From the NCBI GenBank assembly GCA_964345045.1, contig CAYFPM010000001.1, forward strand, positions 236,215 to 300,214: 64,000 nucleotides of DNA, in the 5' to 3' direction. Of the stretch, positions 26,852 through 35,900 are shown piece by piece; position 1 is the first letter of the stretch, and each line of letters begins with the position of its first letter. The position numbers and the translations under genes were made by a program. Source of the DNA: an uncultured Gammaproteobacteria bacterium (GTDB lineage: Bacteria; Patescibacteriota; Patescibacteriia; Magasanikbacterales; UBA922). Below the pieces are notes generated by a model. The model did no database searches, was not told where the DNA came from, and worked only from the letters and a program-made list of their open reading frames with translations.

Positions 26852-27322
26852 ATGAAAGTGGTATTGCAACGAGTAAAAAGAGCATCCGTAGAAATATCAG
26901 GTGAATTTGATACAGAGGTCGTCGGTTCTATCGCCGACGGCTTTGTTTTATTGTTGGGTATTACTCATGCAGATACAGAAAAAGAGGCTGATTGGTTGGT
27001 AAACAAAATTTTGAATTTAAAACTTTTTGCAAAAGATGGTAGTGAAAGTTTTATGGATTCTAGTATAGAAGATGTTGGTGGAGCCATATTAATAGTTTCT
27101 CAGTTTACACTGTATGGAGACACTAGAAAGGGAACCAAGCCAAGTTTTTCCGAAGCCGCTAGGCCAGAACAAGCCACAAAATTATATGATTATTTTGTAA
27201 ATAAAATGATTGAATCAGGTTTACATATAGAGACCGGGAGGTTTGGTGCTCACATGGAGGTGGACTTGGTAAACGATGGGCCGATTACTTTGATACTTGA
27301 CACAGACAAAAAGAATCTATAA
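26852..27322 (+). CDS. dtd: D-aminoacyl-tRNA deacylase
   Basis: MKVVLQRVKRASV...SQFTLYGDTRKGTKPSF...GPITLIL is the Dtd signature. Confidence 0.9.
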   Translation: MKVVLQRVKRASVEISGEFDTEVVGSIADGFVLLLGITHADTEKEADWLVNKILNLKLFAKDGSESFMDSSIEDVGGAILIVSQFTLYGDTRKGTKPSFSEAARPEQATKLYDYFVNKMIESGLHIETGRFGAHMEVDLVNDGPITLILDTDKKNL

Positions 27323-27465
27323 TATATATATTGCAGTGATACAGGGTGGCATCTGTGGAGCAACTACAAACCTAAAGAGTCTCCCAAAGGGAGGAAACTG
27401 GGTGGAACCGCTCCGACAACGTCGGAGTCCCAGACCGCAAACAATGCTGGTCTTTTTTTATTGTA
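27323..27465 (+). promoter_or_regulatory. Probable T-box leader (glycine-specific) upstream of glyQS
   Basis: AACTGGGTGGAACCGCT matches the T-box core AATTAGGGTGGTACCGCG. A candidate specifier GGC followed by A lies at 27348..27351. Downstream are the hairpin ctccgac aac gtcggag and the weak terminator agacc..ggtct ttttttt. Confidence 0.4.
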
Positions 27466-27479
27466 ATAATATAACAACA

Positions 27480-27551
27480 GTCATCCTGAGGTAAAACCGA
27501 AGGATCTCATTGGAAGTCCGAAGAGATTCTTCCCTGTCGCTTAGAATGACT
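27480..27551. repeat. Hairpin repeat family F1, copy 1
   Basis: gtcatcctgag gtaaaaccgaaggatctc attggaagtccgaag agattcttccctgtcgc ttagaatgact. Confidence 0.7.
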
Positions 27552-27561
27552 TATAAAACAT

Positions 27562-28929
27562 ATGAGCTTAGAAAATTTTGATTCAATAGTGTCACTAGCC
27601 AAACGTCGTGGTTTTATTTTCCAGTCCTCAGAAATTTATGGCGGACTTTCTTCTTGCTACGATTATGGCCCACTTGGGGTACTATTAAAAAACAATGTAA
27701 AACAAGCTTGGTGGAAAGCCATGGTGCAAGATAGAAATGATGTTGTTGGACTCGATTCATCAATACTTATGCACCCCAAAGTTTGGGAAGCCAGTGGCCA
27801 TGTAGAAGGATTTACCGATCCACTTGTAGATTGTAAAAAGTGTAAAAAAAGATGGCGTGCCGACCATTTGCTAGAAGCCAAAGGGATCAAGCCAGATTTT
27901 CGACCAGGTGAATGGAACAAAGATGTAAAATGTCCAGAGTGTGATGGTGAATTAACAGACGTACGCAATTTTAACCTAATGTTCAAATCTGAGATGGGAG
28001 CGGTAGAAGGTGGTGGAAACGAAGTTTATTTTCGTCCAGAAACTGCACAAGGTATCTATGTTAATTTTCTCAATGTACAACAAACCATGAGAAAAAAATT
28101 ACCATTTGGTATTGCACAAATTGGTAAAGCTTTTCGTAACGAAATAACACCGGGTAATTTTACTTTTCGTACTCGTGAATTTGAACAAATGGAGCAACAA
28201 TACTTTGTGCGAGAAGAAGATGCTGAAAAATATTTTGATGAGTGGCAACAAATTAGAATGCAATGGTATCGAGACTATGGTATGAAAGAAGAGAATTTGC
28301 GTTTTCGCGAACACGAAAAAGATGAACTAGCCCACTATGCCAAAAGGGCGCTTGATATAGAGTACAATTATCCTGGGTTAGGATTCAAAGAGCTTGCCGG
28401 TATTCACAACCGAGGTACTTGGGATTTATCTCGTCACGAAGAATTTAGTGGTGAAAACATGAAGTACCTTGACCAAGAAAAGAATGAAAAAATTACACCA
28501 CACATTATAGAAACTTCGGATGGTGCTGACCGGGCTACCTTGGCTTTCTTGATCGACGCCTACGAAGAAGTAGAAACTAGAAGTGGAGACGACAATGCCA
28601 AACACGAAAAAGAAACAGTGCTGCGACTTCACAAAGATTTGGCTCCTATTAAAGTAGCTATTTTGCCACTCTCGAAAAAAGAACCTTTGCAAAATTTGTC
28701 TGCAGAAATTCAAGACTCTATCAAAGGTGAACTTATGACTCAGTACGATGAGACTGGTAGTATTGGTAAGCGCTACCGCCGCCAAGATGAGATCGGTACA
28801 CCATATTGTGTTACTGTGGATTTTGATAGTCTAGAAGACAAAAAAGTTACTGTGCGTGATAGAGATACTATGGAGCAGGAAAGAGTGAGTATAGAAGAGT
28901 TGAATGATTACTTTTTAGATAAGTTTTAA
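27562..28929 (+). CDS. glyQS: Glycyl-tRNA synthetase (class II, dimeric GlyQS type)
   Basis: FQSSEIYGGLSSCYDYGPLGVLLKNN...FRNEITPGNFTFRTREFEQME are class II motifs. A Zn-ribbon-like CKKCKK...CPEC is present. Confidence 0.92.
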   Translation: MSLENFDSIVSLAKRRGFIFQSSEIYGGLSSCYDYGPLGVLLKNNVKQAWWKAMVQDRNDVVGLDSSILMHPKVWEASGHVEGFTDPLVDCKKCKKRWRADHLLEAKGIKPDFRPGEWNKDVKCPECDGELTDVRNFNLMFKSEMGAVEGGGNEVYFRPETAQGIYVNFLNVQQTMRKKLPFGIAQIGKAFRNEITPGNFTFRTREFEQMEQQYFVREEDAEKYFDEWQQIRMQWYRDYGMKEENLRFREHEKDELAHYAKRALDIEYNYPGLGFKELAGIHNRGTWDLSRHEEFSGENMKYLDQEKNEKITPHIIETSDGADRATLAFLIDAYEEVETRSGDDNAKHEKETVLRLHKDLAPIKVAILPLSKKEPLQNLSAEIQDSIKGELMTQYDETGSIGKRYRRQDEIGTPYCVTVDFDSLEDKKVTVRDRDTMEQERVSIEELNDYFLDKF

Positions 28930-28937
28930 TCAAATTT

Positions 28938-29099
28938 ATGCTTAGCAATAAGTTCACTTTGATACTTGGGATAACAAGTTTACTTTTAATTATTTTTTTT
29001 GTGGTTGGTTTTGTTGTGGCTGGAAGAATTGGAAAATCATTGCAGAAAAAATCTAATATAATAAATTCAGAAGACCGTGAACAATCAATAAATAAATGA
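28938..29099 (+). CDS. Small membrane protein (53 aa), hypothetical
   Basis: MLSNKFTLILGITSLLLIIFFVVGFVVAGRIGKSLQ..., a single TM. Below the ORF-track cutoff. Confidence 0.3.
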   Translation: MLSNKFTLILGITSLLLIIFFVVGFVVAGRIGKSLQKKSNIINSEDREQSINK

Positions 29100-29109
29100 T
29101 ACCTAGATT

Positions 29110-30372
29110 ATGTACGAACAATATAAACTAAAAAACAAAGCCAATGTCGTTTTGGTGCCACAAAACGATACTAAGTCTGTAACAGTTTTAATAATGTATC
29201 CAGTTGGCTCTCGCTACGAACCACAAAAATTAAATGGGGTGTCTCACTATGTAGAACACCTCATGTTTAAGGGTACAAAAAAACGAAAAAATACTTTGGT
29301 ATTAACGAGAGAAATAGACAGACTCGGTGCGGAGTACAATGCCTTTACAGGCAAAGAATACACTGGCTACTATATTAAGACAGATCACAATTTTAGTGGG
29401 GTAGCTCTAGATATTCTATCTGACATGCTTTTTAACTCAGTCTTTGATGCTAAAGAAATGGAGAGAGAAAAAGGACCAATTATAGAGGAGCTTCGCATGT
29501 ATCGCGACAATCCGCTGATTAATATCGACAACATTTTTGAAGAGCTGATGTTTGACGGATCTCCACTTGGTTGGGATATCGGTGGGACAGTCAAACACGT
29601 AAAAAGTTACAAGAGAGAGGATGTTTTGGCTTATCGTGACAAGTACTATGGTCCAAACAATATGACTATAGTAGTGGCTGGTAACGTAACAGACAAAACC
29701 AAAGAGTTAGTAGAAAAATATTTTGGGTCAGAAAATTCAAGAAAACTGCCTCCAAACAAATATAAACCAGCAGTGTTTGGATCTAGAAAAAAGAGTGATC
29801 GGTTGGTAATAGAAAAAAAGAGTACTGAACAAGTGCAACTAATGTTAGGTTGGCCTGGATTTGAAATAGGCAACAAAATAAATCCTGTAGTTTCGGTGAT
29901 GAACACAATTTTGGGTGGTTCTATGAGTTCTCGTCTTTTTATTCGGATTAGGGAAAGATTGGGACTAGCTTATACAGTCCGCAGTGGAGCCGAAAATTAC
30001 CGAGATGCAGGTTATGTATATGTAAGAGCTGGATTAGAAGCCAAAAATATAAACAAAGCGATAAAAGAAATAAAAAAAGAAATAGAAAAATTAGCTAAAA
30101 AAGGTGTGAGTAAAAGAGAATTGGCAGATGCCAAAACACATATTCGTGGTGGGCTAACCTTGTCTATGGAAGATTCTAGTGTGCAGGCCAACTACTATGG
30201 CAAGGTGGCTTTGTTTGAGCCAGAAGGTATAAAAACTCCAGAAGAAAAATTACAAAAAATAGAAAAAGTAACTGCCGAGCAAATCAAAAAATTAGCTAAG
30301 CAAATTTATAAAGATAATGAACTTAGGGTAGCAATTATTGGGGATGTTGAAAGAGAAGATGTTGTGTTTTAA
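29110..30372 (+). CDS. M16-family zinc peptidase (insulinase-like)
   Basis: HxxEH zinc motif in SHYVEHLMFKGT. Confidence 0.85.
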   Translation: MYEQYKLKNKANVVLVPQNDTKSVTVLIMYPVGSRYEPQKLNGVSHYVEHLMFKGTKKRKNTLVLTREIDRLGAEYNAFTGKEYTGYYIKTDHNFSGVALDILSDMLFNSVFDAKEMEREKGPIIEELRMYRDNPLINIDNIFEELMFDGSPLGWDIGGTVKHVKSYKREDVLAYRDKYYGPNNMTIVVAGNVTDKTKELVEKYFGSENSRKLPPNKYKPAVFGSRKKSDRLVIEKKSTEQVQLMLGWPGFEIGNKINPVVSVMNTILGGSMSSRLFIRIRERLGLAYTVRSGAENYRDAGYVYVRAGLEAKNINKAIKEIKKEIEKLAKKGVSKRELADAKTHIRGGLTLSMEDSSVQANYYGKVALFEPEGIKTPEEKLQKIEKVTAEQIKKLAKQIYKDNELRVAIIGDVEREDVVF

Positions 30373-30383
30373 CGTTATTATCT

Positions 30384-30477
30384 AGTCATCCTGAGCAAAG
30401 TGAGCTTAAAAGGCGAACGCCGTCGAAGGATCTCTTCGGACTTCCACTGAGATTCTTCGCTGACGCTCAGAATGACT
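30384..30477. repeat. Hairpin repeat family F1, copy 2 (central loop inverted relative to copy 3)
   Basis: agtcatcctgagc ... cgaaggatctc ttcggacttccactgag attcttcgc tgac gctcagaatgact. The loop is the reverse complement of the copy-3 loop. Confidence 0.7.
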
Positions 30478-30509
30478 TTTACAAATTAGTCATTTAATTA
30501 CAAAACAAT

Positions 30510-31259
30510 ATGAAACACATACTTGCAAATTGGAAAATGTATTTGGATTTTGATGAAACCATGATTTTGGTAAATCAACTTGCTAATGAAACATTTGATA
30601 GTAAAAAAGTAGATGTTGGAATTTTCCCAAATTTTTTGGCAATATCAGAAACTCAAAAAAGTTTGGAAGATTCAGATATAAAATATGGTGGACAGAACTG
30701 TAGTTGGGAACCAAAAGGAGCTTACACTGGCGCAATTTCTCCACTTTTTTTGAGAAGTCTGGATTGTAAATATGTTTTGCTTGGACACTCCGAGCGCAGA
30801 CACATATTTAACGAAGGCGATACTGATATTAGAAAAAAGTTAGAAGCTGCTCTTGATGCGGGTCTTACCCCTGTACTTTGTGTAGGAGAAACCAAAGCAG
30901 AAAGAGAATCTGGTGAAACAGAATATAGAATCAAAAAGCAAATAATGAAGGCCTTGGAAAATCTTGACTTAGATGAAAAAAATATTATTGTTGCCTATGA
31001 ACCAGTGTGGGCTATCTCTAATGCCGGGGTAGGAGAATCTTGTGATGCCGAGGTCGCAGCAAATATGCACAGTTTTATAAAAGAAGAAATAAAAAATTAT
31101 CAGGACAAAGAAATTCCGGTTGTATATGGTGGTAGTGTAAAGGCTGAAAATGTGTTAGAATATGTCTCGAAGACAGAAGTAGATGGTGTTTTGGTAGGTA
31201 ATGCCTCTACAAAATTAGAAACTTTTTTGCCCATTATTAGAGCTGTAGAAAATTTATAA
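30510..31259 (+). CDS. tpiA: Triosephosphate isomerase
   Basis: ILANWKMY...LLGHSERR...IVAYEPVWAIS...GGSV. Confidence 0.95.
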   Translation: MKHILANWKMYLDFDETMILVNQLANETFDSKKVDVGIFPNFLAISETQKSLEDSDIKYGGQNCSWEPKGAYTGAISPLFLRSLDCKYVLLGHSERRHIFNEGDTDIRKKLEAALDAGLTPVLCVGETKAERESGETEYRIKKQIMKALENLDLDEKNIIVAYEPVWAISNAGVGESCDAEVAANMHSFIKEEIKNYQDKEIPVVYGGSVKAENVLEYVSKTEVDGVLVGNASTKLETFLPIIRAVENL

Positions 31260-31262
31260 ATT

Positions 31263-32162
31263 ATGAGCTATAGCTTTTTGCCATTTTTTTTAATTATAAT
31301 CTCCATAGGAGTTATAATTTTTATTATAGTTAGAAAATTTCCTCAGATATCTCTAATTGATGTAGAAAATTTGCCAGAAGTAAAAGCAGACAAAAGAAAA
31401 GACGAAATTCTAAAAAAGAAAGCCGAGGCAAAAGCAATAGAATCTAGAAATACCCTAATAAAAAAATTAAAACCACTACTTTCTAAATTAAAAGAAATTC
31501 AACTTTCTTTTCGTAAATATGTGGGTAATGTAGAAAGAAAAGTTTCTCAAGAAAAAGGCAGAAAAGCGATAGAATCCAAAAAAGTAGTATCTGGTGTAAA
31601 AAAAGAAAGTTTTAGAACTCTCTTAAGAGAAGGTTCTGTTTTGGGAGAAGAAAAAAATTTCGATTCTGCAGAAAAAAAATATTTATCAGCTATTAAAATT
31701 GATCCAAAAGGTATAGAAGCTTACAAGGGATTGGCTGGGGTATATGTAAAGCAAAATCAATTGGAAGAAGCCAAAGAAACCTATGATTTTATTTTGCATT
31801 TGGACAAAAAAGATGCCGATACTATGACCAAGTTGGCAGAAATAGCCGAAACAGAAAAGGACGATAAAACGGCCGTGGATTATTACGAAAAAGCAGCTTC
31901 TACGGATGACCAAAATCCACAAAGATTTGCTAAGTTAGCCGAAATTTTCAATAGGCTAGGGGAGTACGACAAGGCTCTAGAAGCGATAGCTCAATCTGTG
32001 GAGATGGAAGCCCAAAATCCAAAATATCTTGACATGTGGGCAGAAATCAGTATAATGGGTGGACATCGGGGTGAAGCAGAAAAGGCTTATACCGAATTAC
32101 GCTTGGTAAACCCGGAAAACAAAAAGTTAGATCTTTTGAAAGATAGAATCAGCAAACTCTAA
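31263..32162 (+). CDS. TPR-repeat protein with N-terminal TM anchor
   Basis: N-terminal hydrophobic helix. TPR-like YxxLAxxY repeats in the C-terminal half. Confidence 0.65.
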   Translation: MSYSFLPFFLIIISIGVIIFIIVRKFPQISLIDVENLPEVKADKRKDEILKKKAEAKAIESRNTLIKKLKPLLSKLKEIQLSFRKYVGNVERKVSQEKGRKAIESKKVVSGVKKESFRTLLREGSVLGEEKNFDSAEKKYLSAIKIDPKGIEAYKGLAGVYVKQNQLEEAKETYDFILHLDKKDADTMTKLAEIAETEKDDKTAVDYYEKAASTDDQNPQRFAKLAEIFNRLGEYDKALEAIAQSVEMEAQNPKYLDMWAEISIMGGHRGEAEKAYTELRLVNPENKKLDLLKDRISKL

Positions 32163-32176
32163 CAAAATTTGTACAC

Positions 32177-32217
32177 ACGCCACCTTTCCTCCGACATGTC
32201 GGAGGAGGTAGAGCACA
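32177..32217 (+). repeat. Degenerate duplicate of the 5' part of tRNA-Thr(TGT)
   Basis: acgccaccttTCCTCCGACATGTCGGAGgaggtagagcaca versus the tRNA acgccaccttagctcagctggtagagcacc. The D-loop is replaced by the hairpin cctccgacatgtcggagg. Confidence 0.5.
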
Positions 32218-32225
32218 TACCATAC

Positions 32226-32301
32226 GCCACCTTAGCTCAGCTGGTAGAGCACCGGTTTTGTAAACCGTAGGTCGTCGGTTCGATCCCGACAGGTGGCTCC
32301 A
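32226..32301 (+). tRNA. tRNA-Thr (anticodon TGT), CCA encoded
   Basis: GCCACCTTAGCTCAGCTGGTAGAGCACCGGTTTTGTAAACCGTAGGTCGTCGGTTCGATCCCGACAGGTGGCTCCA. Confidence 0.85.
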
Positions 32302-32378
32302 ATACAAAAAAGCATTAAAACAAAAAAACATTAAAGCAATTGTTTTATTGTTTTCTTGATTTCATGTTTTTATGAAAT

Positions 32379-32460
32379 GGGTCGGTACCGAAGCGGTCAA
32401 CCGGGGCGGACTGTAAATCCGCTGGCTCAGCCTTCGCAGGTTCGAATCCTGCCCGGCCCA
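32379..32460 (+). tRNA. tRNA-Tyr (anticodon GTA), long variable arm, CCA not encoded
   Basis: GGGTCGGTACCGAAGCGGTCAACCGGGGCGGACTGTAAATCCGCTGGCTCAGCCTTCGCAGGTTCGAATCCTGCCCGGCCCA. Confidence 0.85.
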
Positions 32461-32463
32461 CAA

Positions 32464-32496
32464 AAAACAGCTCTTAAAGCTGTTTTTTATTTTTGT
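32464..32496 (+). terminator. Rho-independent terminator after tRNA-Tyr
   Basis: aacagctcttaaagctgtt ttttatttttg. Confidence 0.65.
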
Positions 32497-32577
32497 GGAA
32501 AAAATTTCTTGCCGAGGTTATGTAATTATGATAATTTAGCAGCTATAAATATAATAATTAACTTAATTCAATAAACT

Positions 32578-33708
32578 ATGAAAAAGCTTAGTTTTTTGGG
32601 AGGTTTGTTTGCTATATTGCTACTCATTGGGCAAGGCTGTGCAAATGGAGCTGTAAATCAAGAAAATCAACCAAAAGTAGATGAACCTATAAAAATCGGT
32701 TGGGTTGGTCCACTTACTGGAGACTTGTCTACTGTAGGTGAATCTATGAAACAGTCTGTAGAATTGGCTGTAAAAGAAGTTAACGAATCTGGGGGAGTAG
32801 ATGGCAGAGAAGTAGAAGTAATCTACGAAGATGGTGGTTGTGATGCCAAAATGGCAAGTACTGCTGGTAACAAACTTATCAACGTAGACCAAGTTCAAGC
32901 CATTATTGGTGGTACCTGTTCTGGTGAAACTCTGGCTATTGCACCAGTAGCCGAGCAAAATAAGGTACTCATGGTTTCTCCAGCCTCTACTGCTCCATCT
33001 GTTAGTGAAGCCGGAGACTATGTGTTTAGAGTGGTTCCATCAGATTCTTTTCAAGGTAATTTTGCGGCCGAGTATATCTACAATGATTTGGAAGTAAGAA
33101 AGGTGGCTGTGCTAAATGCTGTCACAGACTATACTTCTGGTTTGGCAGATTCTTTCAAAGCTAAATTTCAAGAACTAGGTGGAGAAGTAGTAGTAGAGGA
33201 TACATTCTTGCAAGATGACAGAGATCTAAAAACTCAACTTACTAAAGTAAAAAATTCAGACGCAGAGCTAATCTACTTTATGTCTTATACCGAAGCCGCT
33301 GTGATTGGACTAAAACAAGCCAAAGAACTTGGGCTAACTCAAAAAATCTTTGGAGCAGATGCCATGGACGATCCAAAACTTTTGAATGTTGATGGAGCCG
33401 AAGGGATGCTTTACACCGTGCCAAAATCAGAAGAGAGTGAAGATTTTAAGCAAAAGTATTTGGCTGCAGTTGGTGGGGACAGCTTGCCTGTTTACACTGC
33501 CCAAAGCTATGACGCCATTAACGTTTTGGTAGAAACAATGAAAAAAGTGGGAACAGATAGAGAAGCTGTTAAGAATGAACTTTACAGTGTAGCTTCTTAC
33601 AAGGGTGTTTCTGGAGATATTGCCTTTGATGAAAATGGTGATTTGACTTCTGCACTTTATGTAGTGAAGGAAATCAAAGATGGTAGTAGTGAAGAAGTAG
33701 TAGAGTAA
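32578..33708 (+). CDS. ABC transporter substrate-binding lipoprotein, branched-chain amino acid (LivJ/K-like)
   Basis: Lipobox LLLIGQGC. Type-I periplasmic binding fold pattern. Followed by livHMGF-like genes. Confidence 0.8.
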   Translation: MKKLSFLGGLFAILLLIGQGCANGAVNQENQPKVDEPIKIGWVGPLTGDLSTVGESMKQSVELAVKEVNESGGVDGREVEVIYEDGGCDAKMASTAGNKLINVDQVQAIIGGTCSGETLAIAPVAEQNKVLMVSPASTAPSVSEAGDYVFRVVPSDSFQGNFAAEYIYNDLEVRKVAVLNAVTDYTSGLADSFKAKFQELGGEVVVEDTFLQDDRDLKTQLTKVKNSDAELIYFMSYTEAAVIGLKQAKELGLTQKIFGADAMDDPKLLNVDGAEGMLYTVPKSEESEDFKQKYLAAVGGDSLPVYTAQSYDAINVLVETMKKVGTDREAVKNELYSVASYKGVSGDIAFDENGDLTSALYVVKEIKDGSSEEVVE

Positions 33709-33725
33709 TAATTTAAGATTAGATC

Positions 33726-33762
33726 AAGCCCGCCAGAGTAATTGGCGGGCTTTATTTTTGGG
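33726..33762 (+). terminator. Rho-independent terminator after the binding-protein gene
   Basis: aagcccgccagagtaattggcgggcttt atttttg. Confidence 0.65.
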
Positions 33763-33769
33763 GTTAGAT

Positions 33770-34100
33770 TTGTTAATCTAAGCAAAGTGGCGCTGAATAA
33801 CAGGGCAGGAGAGTGATCCTGTTTTGTTTACGGCGTTAGATTCTCTAAGGAAGGAGGAGATGTGGTACTCAAATACTGGCATAAGCTATGCCGTTGGTGG
33901 TCTTCACCACCTGTACAGGAGGTGGTTGTCTCGCGACACAAGTCGACCGTCATCGAGAGCGTCAACTTGCGGATGTGGAGCGCTCCGGCCTGGAGGCGCA
34001 TCGCTCGCAAGCTCGAACTGTCGCGTCGGGGGGCAAGCTAGACGAGTCTTGGCTGGCAGGTATCGGTTGTCACTGACCGATACCTGCCATCTGCCTATCA
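33770..34100. other. GC-rich (about 60%) segment with no convincing ORF, inside the liv operon
   Basis: Strong hairpins, including ccacctgtacaggaggtgg and the 13-bp stem ggcaggtatcggt tgtcactg accgatacctgcc. The overlapping listed ORFs give low-complexity Arg/Ser/Gly-rich translations. Confidence 0.3.
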
Positions 34101-34146
34101 GAATTTCAAAGTTTTGTTTTATAGTTTTAATTTACAAAATTAAGTC

Positions 34147-35025
34147 ATGGTTTTTTCGCAACTTTTAGTAAATGGCCTTATTGCTGGATCGATTTACGCC
34201 CTAATTGCTAGTGGTTTTGCTTTGATTTATTCCACCAACAGATTTGTGCATTTTGCTCATGGCTCGGTAGCTGCTACTGGGGCGTATTTTGTCTATTTAT
34301 TCTTTAGCATTATAGGATTAAATTTTTATTTAGCTTCATTTTTAGCGATTATTTTTACTGGCCTGTTTGGCGGGTTAATCTTTTTCTTATTTTACAATCC
34401 GCTCATCAAACGCGAATCTTCGGCCGCTATTTTGCTTATTGCTAGCCTTGGTCTTTCAATCTTACTCGACAATTTACTTCTTTTAGTTTTTGGAGCGGAT
34501 GTTAAGATTTTGAATTTTATAGAATCGAGCAAAGGTTTGGAATTTTTGGGAGCAGTTATTACCCCCCTACAAATAATAATTATTCTTACTTCATTAGTTT
34601 CTTTGTGTTTACTTTGGTTTTTTGTTTACAAAACCAACTTTGGCCGGATAGTGCGAGCTGTGGCTGACAATAGCAACTTGGCCGAGATAACCGGTATAAA
34701 CGTAAGATTAGTCAGGTATGCTGGGTTTGTGGTTGGCTCGCTCATGGCTGGGGTAGCAGGCATTCTCATTGGCCTAGAGCAAAATATCGAACCCACCATG
34801 GGCGTGCATCTAATAGTCAAAGGCTTTACTGGGGCTATTGTCGGGGGAGTAACCTCTATTCCAGGTTCTGTCTTGGGGAGTTATCTCTTGGGCATAGTAG
34901 AGAATTTTGGAATCTGGTACTTGCCAAGTGGTTACAAAGACGCCATTGCTTTTGGTTTGCTATTGGTATTTTTGCTGTTTAGGCCAACTGGCATCTTGGG
35001 CATAAACAAAGGCGCTAGAAAATAA
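34147..35025 (+). CDS. Branched-chain amino acid ABC transporter permease (LivH-like)
   Basis: Multi-TM protein with the family pattern ...GLIFFLFYNPL... Confidence 0.8.
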   Translation: MVFSQLLVNGLIAGSIYALIASGFALIYSTNRFVHFAHGSVAATGAYFVYLFFSIIGLNFYLASFLAIIFTGLFGGLIFFLFYNPLIKRESSAAILLIASLGLSILLDNLLLLVFGADVKILNFIESSKGLEFLGAVITPLQIIIILTSLVSLCLLWFFVYKTNFGRIVRAVADNSNLAEITGINVRLVRYAGFVVGSLMAGVAGILIGLEQNIEPTMGVHLIVKGFTGAIVGGVTSIPGSVLGSYLLGIVENFGIWYLPSGYKDAIAFGLLLVFLLFRPTGILGINKGARK

Positions 35026-35026
35026 T

Positions 35027-35899
35027 ATGTTGTCTACATTTATTATTCACATTTTAATTATTGCCGCCATCTTTGCTATTTTGGCTATTAGCTTAAATTT
35101 GGCCATGGGTTACCTTGGTCTAATTAATGTGGGGCACATTGCTTTTTATGGCATTGGGGCTTATGCTTCGGTACTTTTGGTCAAAGCAGGTCTTCCTTTT
35201 GTTTTGGCAATAGTAGCGGCCGGGCTAATAGCTGGAGTGTGTGGCTTACTACTTACGCTTATCACCAGCAAACTCTCTGGGGATTATTTTGCCTTGGCTA
35301 CGCTTGGTTTTGGGTTTGTAGTTTATTCGGTTATGCTAAACTGGACAGAATTAACCAGAGGACCATTGGGGATTCCAGGCATCCCTAGGCCAGAATTTTT
35401 TGGCTGGGTAGTTAGATCCAATTTTTCTTATTTAATTTTTGTTTTAATAGTTTTGGCTTTGGTAAGTGGTTTTATTTATCTACTAACCAGATCCAAATAT
35501 GGCAAATTGCTAGAGGCGGTTCGTGACGATCAGATTGGGGTGGCAGGTCTGGGTAAGAATGTAGCGAAATTAAAATACCAAGGAGTAATGATGTCAGCCT
35601 TTTTTGCTGGGGTGGCCGGAAGTCTATATGCTCATTATATTAGTTTTATAGATCCATCCACTTTTTTTCTAACAGACATTATTATTATCATTACTATTGT
35701 AATTGTTGGCGGGCTAGCCTCTCTAAAGGGAAGTATTATTGGAGCTTTGATTATTATCATCCTACCAGAGCTACTGCGCTTTGCTCCGATTCCAGACTCT
35801 ATGATTGGCCCAATGCGACAAATCCTTTATGCTCTAATTTTAATTTTAATTTTGATGTACAGGCCAAGAGGAATATTTGGTAGAGTTGATTTAGAATAG
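35027..35899 (+). CDS. Branched-chain amino acid ABC transporter permease (LivM-like)
   Basis: Multi-TM protein with GLINVGHIAFYGIGAY. Confidence 0.8.
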   Translation: MLSTFIIHILIIAAIFAILAISLNLAMGYLGLINVGHIAFYGIGAYASVLLVKAGLPFVLAIVAAGLIAGVCGLLLTLITSKLSGDYFALATLGFGFVVYSVMLNWTELTRGPLGIPGIPRPEFFGWVVRSNFSYLIFVLIVLALVSGFIYLLTRSKYGKLLEAVRDDQIGVAGLGKNVAKLKYQGVMMSAFFAGVAGSLYAHYISFIDPSTFFLTDIIIIITIVIVGGLASLKGSIIGALIIIILPELLRFAPIPDSMIGPMRQILYALILILILMYRPRGIFGRVDLE

Positions 35900-35900
35900 T

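Noticed and set aside
27297-27494. 65-aa ORF across the dtd end, the T-box leader and the F1 repeat
   Set aside because: It spans a regulatory leader and a terminator. It has no RBS and a low-complexity product.
32356-32574. 72-aa ORF overlapping tRNA-Tyr
   Set aside because: It is the translation of the tRNA itself and its terminator. It contains the typical tRNA-derived peptide and has no independent support.
33824-34168. Three overlapping ORFs (114, 60, 62 aa) inside the GC-rich liv insert
   Set aside because: The translations are Arg/Ser/Gly/Cys low-complexity, a typical artefact of GC-rich non-coding DNA. They are mutually overlapping on both strands.
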